64,000 nt of DNA, taken from positions 64,001 to 128,000 of the IMG/VR virus record IMGVR_UViG_3300050821_002122. One strand, given 5' to 3'. A model generated the notes under the pieces. The model was not told the DNA's origin and made no database searches. It worked only from the letters and a program-made list of their open reading frames with translations. This stretch comes from a virus. A program made the translations under genes and the position numbers. Shown piece after piece: positions 48,276-56,472 of the stretch (position 1 is the first letter of the stretch; each line of letters starts with the position of its first letter).

Positions 48276-49530
48276 AGCTCCTCAGTATCTTGGTATAAAG
48301 TTCTTGATTGGGGACCTTACCCGTTGACCGAAACAACGACTTGGTCGTATTGGATTGTCGCAGGGTAGTGAATTTATCTTTCTCGATAATAGACTCAGCA
48401 TACTTAACAAACTTGTGGAATTCGTTGTACTTGAGCGTCAGGTTCAGTGTCTTGTAAATCTCTTCCAGCTTCACTGTGCCTTTAACGTACTGGTAGGCCA
48501 TGTCACTCATCAGCTTAGCCCACTGTGCGCGCACCCACAGGTTGTGGGCCTCCAGTACGTAGGTGTTGTTGACGATGCGGATGTCATCCAGCGCAAAGCA
48601 AACCGGACAGTTACAGGGCATCGCTTGGTGGTAAGTCTGTTTCTTGTGTAGGCTTATCGTCTGGAAGTCGTAAGTGTCGTACATGCCAACCAAAGCACCA
48701 AGGCGATGGCTAACCGAGTCGGCACCAATCGATTTGACGTAGCCTGACGAATCGAGCAATGCGTATATAAACAGCCAGAACTTGGAGGTGATACCAAGCA
48801 CATGGAAGTAGCGAGCGGATTTGTGGTAGCGTTGAACCACATACATCAAGCTCTCTAGAGCAGTGGTCACGTGATCGACGCCAGGAGCAGGTTTGATACC
48901 CAGACCTGCGATGGCTATAACCCTAGCCTTACGGTCTAGAACATCCAAGCGCGATTTGCGCCGAGCTAACGTTGATCCGTGACTGATGATTGCGAGATCG
49001 ATACCTGGCTTCAGATGCTTCAACATGAAGTCATCGTTGGCTTTAATCATCTTCGACACTGGGTCCCAGAACATATGCTCAGCAGCCGACGGCACCGGCA
49101 AGTCAAGGGGCATTGCGATGTTCGCCTTCACGTTGTAAAGCTTGACGAGATTGGTTGGGTCAACAAAGTCGACCGTACCTTTCAGCATTTGAAAGCCGCC
49201 GCTATCAACAATCGATTCGATGCCTTGCTGCTCGAATGGTTCTTTGATGAATCCACCGTGGATAGGATTGGCCAGAACCTTCGTGATGCCGCAGTTCTTT
49301 AGGAAGGACGAACTCAATGTTGGTACGATGACGTCGGCTTGGTCCTTCGATGTGACGCCACCGCGTGTAGAAGTATTGACGACAACGATGGTCTTCTCCT
49401 TCGCTCGCCATCTCTTGTACAGCTTACCGTGTTCGGATGTCTCCGCTTCATTTGGTTTGTTGGTAATCTGTATTTGAGTTGTGCGATCAGAGTAGCCCTC
49501 ACCACCGGCAGGAACGTAGCAGAGAGTCAT
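48244..49530 (-). CDS. TGT/DpdA-family guanine transglycosylase
   Basis: IVDSGGFQ, PLDLP, ISHG, AIAGL, FHVLG, GADSVS and Zn site CNCPVC...HNL. Confidence 0.85.
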   Translation of the reverse strand: MTLCYVPAGGEGYSDRTTQIQITNKPNEAETSEHGKLYKRWRAKEKTIVVVNTSTRGGVTSKDQADVIVPTLSSSFLKNCGITKVLANPIHGGFIKEPFEQQGIESIVDSGGFQMLKGTVDFVDPTNLVKLYNVKANIAMPLDLPVPSAAEHMFWDPVSKMIKANDDFMLKHLKPGIDLAIISHGSTLARRKSRLDVLDRKARVIAIAGLGIKPAPGVDHVTTALESLMYVVQRYHKSARYFHVLGITSKFWLFIYALLDSSGYVKSIGADSVSHRLGALVGMYDTYDFQTISLHKKQTYHQAMPCNCPVCFALDDIRIVNNTYVLEAHNLWVRAQWAKLMSDMAYQYVKGTVKLEEIYKTLNLTLKYNEFHKFVKYAESIIEKDKFTTLRQSNTTKSLFRSTGKVPNQELYTKILRSYEKFHSRKFL

Positions 49531-49555
49531 ATAGTCTTTCGTGATTAGATACTAC

Positions 49556-49563
49556 TATTTACT
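49556..49563 (-). promoter_or_regulatory. Candidate phage promoter motif AGTAAATA
   Basis: Lies between a terminator and the TGT-like start; same or similar motif at 24100, 54717, 57570, 37416. Confidence 0.4.
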
Positions 49564-49568
49564 GCGAC

Positions 49569-49600
49569 AAAAGGCACTGCTCTTGTTAGGAGTCAGTGCC
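49569..49600 (-). terminator. Intrinsic terminator
   Basis: ggcactg/cagtgcc stem followed by tttt on minus strand. Confidence 0.65.
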
Positions 49601-49608
49601 CAGTTGTC

Positions 49609-50700
49609 TCACAGGTCGAGTAGTTCGTTGATGATGTTGTCCATGCCGGAGGTATCGAGCGGCAACTTCGGACGCGGTGTATCGAATCGGCTTATCCACT
49701 TGCACGCCTGCTCGAAATCATCACCGTTCAAGCGCATGTTGAACTGGTACTGCCGAGTTACAAACTCATCGTGACTTAGGCCTGTTGATAGCAATGGTAC
49801 ACAGCCGTAGTGGACTGCTTCGGCTATGCAGTAGCCATAGTTCTCTTCAATTGAGTGCGAGACCATCATGTAAGCTTCAGCCAATTCGCGGTGATACTGC
49901 TCTTTGGTGAGACCGGGTTTGATGGTAATGATGCCGGCAGCAACCATGTTATTGAGCAGAAGGTTGTCCTCAACGCGACCGCGGAAGCCCGGTCGCCCGG
50001 TGCAGACCACAAATTCCCAATCAGGGAATTTATGCTTCAACTCCCTGAAAAGTTTGAGTGTCAAACTTGGTCGCTTCTCGTGGTCAAAGCGATTGGTCAG
50101 CACGACCTTTTTCTGCTTTTTTACGGCACCGAAATCATGGTATTCATCAAGGAACAGAGGATTCTTCGTGACCACGATTTTAGCCGGCCAGGCAGAACCG
50201 GTTAAACCACGCCGAGTAATAACGACTTGTTGATGATATTTGGAGCCCACGAAGACCTTATCCAACGCACTTAACCAGCCAACCTCGGTGTACTGCTGGT
50301 ACTCCTCTGCGATAGAGAACGCATCCTCTTTGGTATAGGATGCTGCATGCAGGAAGCCCGTCAGCTTCACATCTTTTAGGCCATTCATTTGAGCCATCAG
50401 CTTTACCGATTCCAAGCCCCAGAATTCGATATCACCGAAGAAGAAAATGTCGTCATTGCGGACTTCGCCACAATGGAACATGCGCGCGACTTCCTGCAAC
50501 TGCGTCATCTTGTAGTGGACGGTCGAGTTGATATCCAAGAAGGCGCCGACCTTAATTTCGTTGTCCAGTAGCGGCTTACCCTCTATGGTAAGAACCTCAA
50601 AGCCGAATCGCTCGAAGGCGAGTGGAAAGTTGCGGTACCATTGCTCCGTATAGCGCTCGGTGATAGGCTCGATAGGGACCATTATGATTCGACGTTTCAT
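49609..50700 (-). CDS. GT-B glycosyltransferase 1
   Basis: NRFDHEKRP and EENYGYCIAE (ExxxxxxxE-type retaining GT motif). Confidence 0.8.
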   Translation of the reverse strand: MKRRIIMVPIEPITERYTEQWYRNFPLAFERFGFEVLTIEGKPLLDNEIKVGAFLDINSTVHYKMTQLQEVARMFHCGEVRNDDIFFFGDIEFWGLESVKLMAQMNGLKDVKLTGFLHAASYTKEDAFSIAEEYQQYTEVGWLSALDKVFVGSKYHQQVVITRRGLTGSAWPAKIVVTKNPLFLDEYHDFGAVKKQKKVVLTNRFDHEKRPSLTLKLFRELKHKFPDWEFVVCTGRPGFRGRVEDNLLLNNMVAAGIITIKPGLTKEQYHRELAEAYMMVSHSIEENYGYCIAEAVHYGCVPLLSTGLSHDEFVTRQYQFNMRLNGDDFEQACKWISRFDTPRPKLPLDTSGMDNIINELLDL

Positions 50701-51119
50701 AGCTCGGTATCTCCTTCAAATTCGTCTGGGGTGGTAGCGATAAAGTTTCTAGCCGCAACACACAGTACCTCACGCTCTGGTGAATGGAACTTGACCTGAT
50801 CGTCCTCCCACAAGTTTGCCACTGAATTGAAGTACTCCTGCGGCAACGTCAGCATCAGGCTCACGTTGCTAGGTCTTCGCATGTTTTGCTTACCGCAGAC
50901 CTTCGTCACTTCGATGGTAACCTGCTTGTTCTCAAACATGTTACCGACAGCCTCATAGTTCAGCGTGTTACCGTGATCGCTAACGTAGAGGTGGTTGGTG
51001 CAATTTTCTTTCAGTAGGTCTTGGATGATATGTTTGTTGGTGATCAATTCCACAGCGCTAACGAACAGCGTCTTTACGCCACGCAAGCGCCCTTCGCATT
51101 CTACCCCGATCTTAGCCAT
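50697..51119 (-). CDS. Conserved hypothetical protein in modification cluster
   Basis: GVECEGRLRGVKTLFV N-terminus; translationally coupled on both sides. Confidence 0.55.
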   Translation of the reverse strand: MAKIGVECEGRLRGVKTLFVSAVELITNKHIIQDLLKENCTNHLYVSDHGNTLNYEAVGNMFENKQVTIEVTKVCGKQNMRRPSNVSLMLTLPQEYFNSVANLWEDDQVKFHSPEREVLCVAARNFIATTPDEFEGDTEL

Positions 51120-51788
51120 TTAAGCCTCCACAGTAATATTGTCGTAGGTGACTGTCACCTTACCGGTGCAGATAGCCAGCAAGTCATTCATAAATTCCCT
51201 GCGGTTGTGACCAAATTGACCACCTCGGTTATTTGTCAAATGCCAACCGAGTACCTTATCGACATCGTTCACTGGCACAGTGACGGCTAGCGTACGGCCG
51301 CTCGGCTGCGTCCATGCCAGCGTGCGGTACTCGTCGTAGTCAGTTTCCTGTATGTCCTCAAACAGCCAGTATTTGTCGTTGTTCTCCCATAGCGATGCCT
51401 GACTAGGATAAATATCGTTAAGTAGTTTTTGTTTGGCTCTTGGTACCTGTACCAACTTACCGCATGCCATATCAACGCTATAGAACTTGGTGGCCTTATT
51501 ACGATATTTTGCGTTGACCATCTTGTGGTCCGCATGCCAATCTTTGCGACTCGGGACATAGACCTCGTGGTACCCATCAGGAATTTCGTAAGTATTGAAG
51601 TCAGCGAACTCCAAATCGAAACCAAAGGATGCACAGCACACCAGGGCTTCTGCCTTGCGTTCATCGGTCAACTCAAAAAAGTAGACGACCGACACAGTTA
51701 CTTCAGGGTCCAGTAAGACCGACCAGCAGCCGATGACCTCATCGTCTGCGTGCGGTGCTAAGATCAATACCGGCTGGCGCCTAATCAT
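51120..51788 (-). CDS. PIG-L/LmbE-family de-N-acetylase
   Basis: LAPHADDEVIGC and DWHADH Zn motifs. Confidence 0.8.
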   Translation of the reverse strand: MIRRQPVLILAPHADDEVIGCWSVLLDPEVTVSVVYFFELTDERKAEALVCCASFGFDLEFADFNTYEIPDGYHEVYVPSRKDWHADHKMVNAKYRNKATKFYSVDMACGKLVQVPRAKQKLLNDIYPSQASLWENNDKYWLFEDIQETDYDEYRTLAWTQPSGRTLAVTVPVNDVDKVLGWHLTNNRGGQFGHNRREFMNDLLAICTGKVTVTYDNITVEA

Positions 51789-52371
51789 GATAGTACTCCG
51801 GCGATACTGGGATGTCGTAGTGGAAAATCGCAGCCCATACTTCTTCGTCGGACCAGTCGTAGATCGGGTAGCAGAAATTCTGACCAAATAAACCACTAGT
51901 TAGATACAGCGGGGTCTCCGTGCGTGAGACTTCTCTACCTTCGACGATCAGGCCAATGTCGCGGCCATCACGACGATCAGCCTCAGCGACGCGAGTACCA
52001 TCGATTTGCACTTTGTAACCAAGTCGAGGTAAGTTCTCACCATCCGGTACGTACAGAATTGGACGATTCAGGCTGTACAGAAATTCTTTAGTCAGCGGAT
52101 GGACCTCATTGCGAATACCGCTAGGCTTCGGAGTGTGGATAGTCATCACGCCGGGACCAAGTGCGCGGTCAGTGAGCCAGCGCACGAGGACCGAGTCTTT
52201 GCCGCCGCTGTGGCCAACGTAGACGACGCTTCCAATAATACGAAATGGCATACCGAAGATACGCTGACCGGCCTCTTCCACTAGCGTATGGATACTCGCT
52301 GTGGCGTCACACAGTTTATTACGATCCAGTGCCTGACGTTCGATGATGATATTTTGAATTCTGGAATCCAT
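51781..52371 (-). CDS. PP-loop protein (PAPS reductase/AANH superfamily)
   Basis: GHSGGKDS, DGTRVAEADRR, YPIYDWSDEEVWAAI. Confidence 0.8.
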   Translation of the reverse strand: MDSRIQNIIIERQALDRNKLCDATASIHTLVEEAGQRIFGMPFRIIGSVVYVGHSGGKDSVLVRWLTDRALGPGVMTIHTPKPSGIRNEVHPLTKEFLYSLNRPILYVPDGENLPRLGYKVQIDGTRVAEADRRDGRDIGLIVEGREVSRTETPLYLTSGLFGQNFCYPIYDWSDEEVWAAIFHYDIPVSPEYYHD

Positions 52372-52372
52372 G

Positions 52373-53734
52373 TTATTTTCCTTTGAATAGTTTGCGGGTA
52401 GTGGTCTTCGGCTGCTGATTCTTAACAGGCTTTACACCGGTGTGATAGTAAAGCGTGCCCTTTACTACCGTGGTCTCTACACCTAGCTTACGAAGACCGT
52501 GATAGTAGTCACTCCAGAATGTATTTACTGGCTGACGTCCGGTGGCAGACCATCCCATTACTGCGTAGACTTCTTGCTTCGTCAGCGCCTTCTTGTCGAG
52601 CGCCTTCATGACGAGCGCGATCTTTGGGCTCTTTGTAGATGCACGCTCAAGGCGCTGACCGAATACATCGACTAACCGGGCACTTAGTTTCTTTTTGTAC
52701 TGCTCGGTATTGGTGATTTTCGCCAGACCTTGTGCTGTGTATTTAAGGACCTTATCGGCGTAACCTTTTTCGGTTACCAAGCGATGCAAACGCTCGGGTA
52801 CTTCTTTTGCCTTCAGCGTAGTCTTATCACCTATGATTTTCGTATAGGCTTCGTTGCAAGGCAGATTGAATATCGCCAAACCATAACGTGCGCTTTCTAG
52901 AATGGAGATGCCGTAACTCTCTGCCGTTGACGTGCCAATGGTGACATTTGCGTCCATTAGCGATTGCTCATAAGCTGCGTCGTCATAGGCAAAGGGACGC
53001 TGCTCGGTGACCGCAGCCAGGCTCTTTGGTACTATTTTCTTGATCTCGTCGGATGTCAAGGACGACAGCAAAATGATCTTAATTGGCACCTTTGGGTACC
53101 GTGTGTGGAAGTCTTCTATTATGCCAAAGAACGCCTTTGGATTCTTTGCAGCATTCAGGCGGTGATTCCACAAGAATGTCAAGGTTTTGAAATTCTTCTT
53201 GATGTCCTTGGGCGGCTCAAACTTGTACAGGTCTGGAGGAGGCAAGACCAACATTTTAGATTCCACTACCTTGAGGGCATTCTTAGACCACAGCTTCGGC
53301 AATTCGATATTCATCAGAGTATCGCGCAGTACAGGCGACACCATGATAACATCAGAAACAAGCATTGAGGCAAATATATCCAGCATATGGGCTTTATTCT
53401 TTTGCCACCGCGTGTCCAGCAAATCCATCCCGTAGTGCCCGTGCGCTATACGCATCACCTTCAAGAAGTCTTGGAAATAAGCACCATGGTTACCAGAGAA
53501 GTTCAGTAGCTCGTTGAAGCTCAATGCATCTTCGGCGTAGAAGAAATCCGAATCGCAGTTCCAGAAGTCTATGGTTTCGTATGCCTGTCGCGTGTTCATA
53601 ACCGAACGCGGATTAAACAACGTCAGCCGTGTGTTGTCGTATAGTTTGTTGGCGAGAACGCGGTAGTGAGGAACGAATTTGTTCTTGTTGGCATTCGTTT
53701 CCTCAATGCCGAATATATTCAGAGTAGGCTTCAT
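52373..53734 (-). CDS. GT-B glycosyltransferase 2 with C-terminal basic/wHTH-like extension
   Basis: WNHRLNAAKNP, AESYGISILE; C-terminal LTKQEVYAVMGW...YYHGLRKLGV. Confidence 0.75.
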   Translation of the reverse strand: MKPTLNIFGIEETNANKNKFVPHYRVLANKLYDNTRLTLFNPRSVMNTRQAYETIDFWNCDSDFFYAEDALSFNELLNFSGNHGAYFQDFLKVMRIAHGHYGMDLLDTRWQKNKAHMLDIFASMLVSDVIMVSPVLRDTLMNIELPKLWSKNALKVVESKMLVLPPPDLYKFEPPKDIKKNFKTLTFLWNHRLNAAKNPKAFFGIIEDFHTRYPKVPIKIILLSSLTSDEIKKIVPKSLAAVTEQRPFAYDDAAYEQSLMDANVTIGTSTAESYGISILESARYGLAIFNLPCNEAYTKIIGDKTTLKAKEVPERLHRLVTEKGYADKVLKYTAQGLAKITNTEQYKKKLSARLVDVFGQRLERASTKSPKIALVMKALDKKALTKQEVYAVMGWSATGRQPVNTFWSDYYHGLRKLGVETTVVKGTLYYHTGVKPVKNQQPKTTTRKLFKGK

Positions 53735-53787
53735 TATGCGTCCAAGGCAAAAGCCCTGACCTGATGGTGCAGGCCAAGGCTCGTGGT

Positions 53788-54249
53788 TTAAATAGTTTGA
53801 ACTGGTATTGCCTTGACATACTCCAGCGTCGCACCGTTGATGTTGTCCTCCAGTACCGAGACTTTGATATCACGCCCCTTGTATTTGTCGGCGATGCGGC
53901 CAATCAACGACTCAGCAAGCATCTCGCACGATTGACTGTTCAACTTCATGACGCCTTGATCGTAGAGGCGCTGGCACCAACGGCTGAATTGGATAAATTC
54001 GATATCGCGGTCATTTTGGAAAACTTCGACAGTGACCTTGAACGTGAAGTAGTGGAAGTGAGGTGACGCCAAGAAAGAAACGTCATCCCATTCTCCGGTT
54101 GCCAGATTTGGATCGGTAGCCGCAGCAGGATAGCAGTGTACGCCTTCCTTGACGAACTCAACATGAATCCATCGTTTCATAAGCGGCTGGCTTACAAAGT
54201 CCACACCTTTGCTATCGGGTATGGAGGTCTTTTGATTTGGTTTGAACAT
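53788..54249 (-). CDS. Second QueD-like T-fold protein (DpdL-like candidate)
   Basis: EGVHCYPAA, FLASPHFHYF (LxxxHxHxF), DRDIEFIQF, SCEMLAE; ggag SD before ATG 54249. Confidence 0.7.
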   Translation of the reverse strand: MFKPNQKTSIPDSKGVDFVSQPLMKRWIHVEFVKEGVHCYPAAATDPNLATGEWDDVSFLASPHFHYFTFKVTVEVFQNDRDIEFIQFSRWCQRLYDQGVMKLNSQSCEMLAESLIGRIADKYKGRDIKVSVLEDNINGATLEYVKAIPVQTI

Positions 54250-54250
54250 T

Positions 54251-54697
54251 CTATTCTCCGAGGTAGATTGCGCTGTTGCTGCCGTGTTCCGAAACCTGTG
54301 CCGATACGAGACGCACTCGCGGCGCATGACCACTGCCTTGTAACCACTGGTTGGCTATGTCGTAGGCCATACGAGCGAATGCCTCGCAGCCGACTGCCTC
54401 GACTACCAGCAGGTCCAAGATGCCCTCTTGGCACATAGCCTTAAATTGGTCAAGCTTAGGATCGTCCTTTGCGACCAGCGTCTTGTGATCGAAGTGACTA
54501 CGATAGATAGCCTCCACTTCCTTCAGTGCGCCGAAATCGACAACCCAATTGCGTTCGTCCAATTCGGTGGCCTCGAAGACCAACTCAATGGCGATAGCGT
54601 AACCATGTACACGGGCACAATGCGATGCTGCCCGCCATTGCCTGAATGCGCAACTGAGGCCTCGCTCATGGCCCCATTTCTTGGTAGATCGAAACAT
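54251..54697 (-). CDS. queD: 6-carboxy-5,6,7,8-tetrahydropterin synthase
   Basis: SCAFRQW...HCARVHGY, VVDFG.LK, FDHKTLVA, GCEAFA, EHGSNSA. Confidence 0.9.
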   Translation of the reverse strand: MFRSTKKWGHERGLSCAFRQWRAASHCARVHGYAIAIELVFEATELDERNWVVDFGALKEVEAIYRSHFDHKTLVAKDDPKLDQFKAMCQEGILDLLVVEAVGCEAFARMAYDIANQWLQGSGHAPRVRLVSAQVSEHGSNSAIYLGE

Positions 54698-54722
54698 GTT
54701 TGCTCCTTAAAATCAGTATTTA

Positions 54723-54914
54723 CTACCCGAGCGTATGTGACTCTGGGTCACTACGTGCTGCGCGCATATGGGTGTCGCCGCAGTTCGCGCAAGGTATCCG
54801 TGCAACGATCTGAAGAATCGTGATGTCGAATTTTGCATGACTGCGATATATGTGACCGCATTTGCATTCGACGGTGTATTCTGGGTATTGGTCTAGGTTG
54901 GTCCAGTCAATCAT
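54723..54914 (-). CDS. Small Zn-ribbon protein
   Basis: CKCG...CANCG; ggag SD before ATG 54914. Confidence 0.55.
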   Translation of the reverse strand: MIDWTNLDQYPEYTVECKCGHIYRSHAKFDITILQIVARIPCANCGDTHMRAARSDPESHTLG

Positions 54915-55437
54915 GATTTCTCCCTGCAGGTTTAGGTAAATATCCCTTCTTATGAAAGATAGTTTTTGCAGCAAAATACGCTGCGCTTGCAGCTTTGGCA
55001 GTGTCAAACCTACCAAGATAGTAATATTTACCGTTGAGACCGATTCGTGACATGAATACCCCATTCAGTTTCGTTACACCAAGCAGACCTGTCTTATTAC
55101 GCCTATGGGCAATTACCTGATTCTGTTGATTCACAGAATTAGTAGTTGCCCTAAGGTTGGACCAACTATTATTTTGCTTATTTCTGTCTTTATGGTCTAC
55201 CATATTTTCAGGGTAGCAACCTCTGACGAATAAATAGGCTAACCTATGAGCTTTATACGCCAATCCATGAATACGAATAACGACATAGCCTTTAGCCAAA
55301 GTACCCGCCGTAGTACCTTGTTTAGCTCTGGTAGCTATCGTTATTCGCCACGTAAAAGAGCCCGTAAGTTTGTCATAACGTAAAAGCGACATAAGCTCTC
55401 GGCGAGACAACTCATTTTTCTTTTTGAGTTTTGGCAT
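54907..55437 (-). mobile_element. Free-standing HNH-AP2 homing endonuclease
   Basis: YD..TG.FTW, AHRLAY, VDHKDRNKQNN..NLR, G..GV, YLGRFDT...A..AY; AT-rich. Confidence 0.85.
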
Positions 55438-56416
55438 AGCTTATTGATTTTTCAAGTAGGCGCACGACTGCATCGGGTAATTTCTTGCCAGTCATGTGGA
55501 AGGCAAATACTTCTGCGAATAATTCCTTAACGTTTTTAGTACTATACTCAGATATAACCGGAGCAAGTTCTTTGCGGGGGATATTACGAACTGGCCAAAC
55601 CTTCGCGACTTCATCTTTGAAGCCAGCTTCAAAAAGGGTATCGAGGTCCTTGATGGATAGAGCACTAACTGTAGAGATAGTGCGAATAATCCACTTGAAG
55701 GCGAGTGCTTCTTCTTCATCGAGGTCGCGCTTGAAGTCAGAAGGTACTGCATCTTGGTCCAACAGACGTTCCAACAATTGTTTGGATAAATCCTTCCTGA
55801 CGGATACAACCTTAATCGAGGTATTAAATAATTTTAACCAGTATGCATTCAACTTTTTGGATTTGATAAATTCTAAATGTAGATGATGCCCGAGTTCATG
55901 CAGCAACACGTATGCGTACTCGGTAGCCGGAACTGACTCAGGTCGGAATTGAATACGAACAGGCACCTTTTCGTTTCTCGAAGAGATATAGCACCCTGCA
56001 TATTTCTCGCCGTTGAAGCGCTGCACTTCCCACATGATGTCTTGCAGCAGAAAGCCAAGACCGTGTTTGTCGAGCCGCTTCGATACCTTGCTCATGCTGA
56101 TCCACAGGTCTTTAACAATCTCCTTTTCCGGCTTGTAGAAGAAATGGATCGGACCGAAGTCATCATGGTCCTTACGAGCGCGGAACAGATTGGTGACGTC
56201 TGCACCGTAGACTTTGCCCGGGTGCGGCGTTGGTCCCAGCACAACCACCACGTCCTTCACATCAACAGTCATCGTATGACGCAGACCCTGGATGTGGCAC
56301 TTGTCTTCCAATACAGCTTCTACTGTATTACCGTGCTGGTTGCTCAGTGCCTTGGCAAGGTAGTCTTTGCCCTGTTCCCGAGCTGCCACAAAGTAATCGC
56401 CCTTTGCTAGTTTCAT
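55412..56416 (-). CDS. HExxH zinc metallopeptidase-like protein
   Basis: LLHELGHHLH and EYSTKNVKELFAE. Confidence 0.7.
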   Translation of the reverse strand: MKLAKGDYFVAAREQGKDYLAKALSNQHGNTVEAVLEDKCHIQGLRHTMTVDVKDVVVVLGPTPHPGKVYGADVTNLFRARKDHDDFGPIHFFYKPEKEIVKDLWISMSKVSKRLDKHGLGFLLQDIMWEVQRFNGEKYAGCYISSRNEKVPVRIQFRPESVPATEYAYVLLHELGHHLHLEFIKSKKLNAYWLKLFNTSIKVVSVRKDLSKQLLERLLDQDAVPSDFKRDLDEEEALAFKWIIRTISTVSALSIKDLDTLFEAGFKDEVAKVWPVRNIPRKELAPVISEYSTKNVKELFAEVFAFHMTGKKLPDAVVRLLEKSISYAKTQKEK

Positions 56417-56433
56417 ACCGATCTCCCTAAGGG

Positions 56434-56472
56434 AAAGCCCGACAGAAGCAACGCTCCAGTCGGGCTTCTTTT
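56434..56472. terminator. Stem-loop terminator
   Basis: aagcccgac/gtcgggctt inverted repeat with T-rich flanks. Confidence 0.65.
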
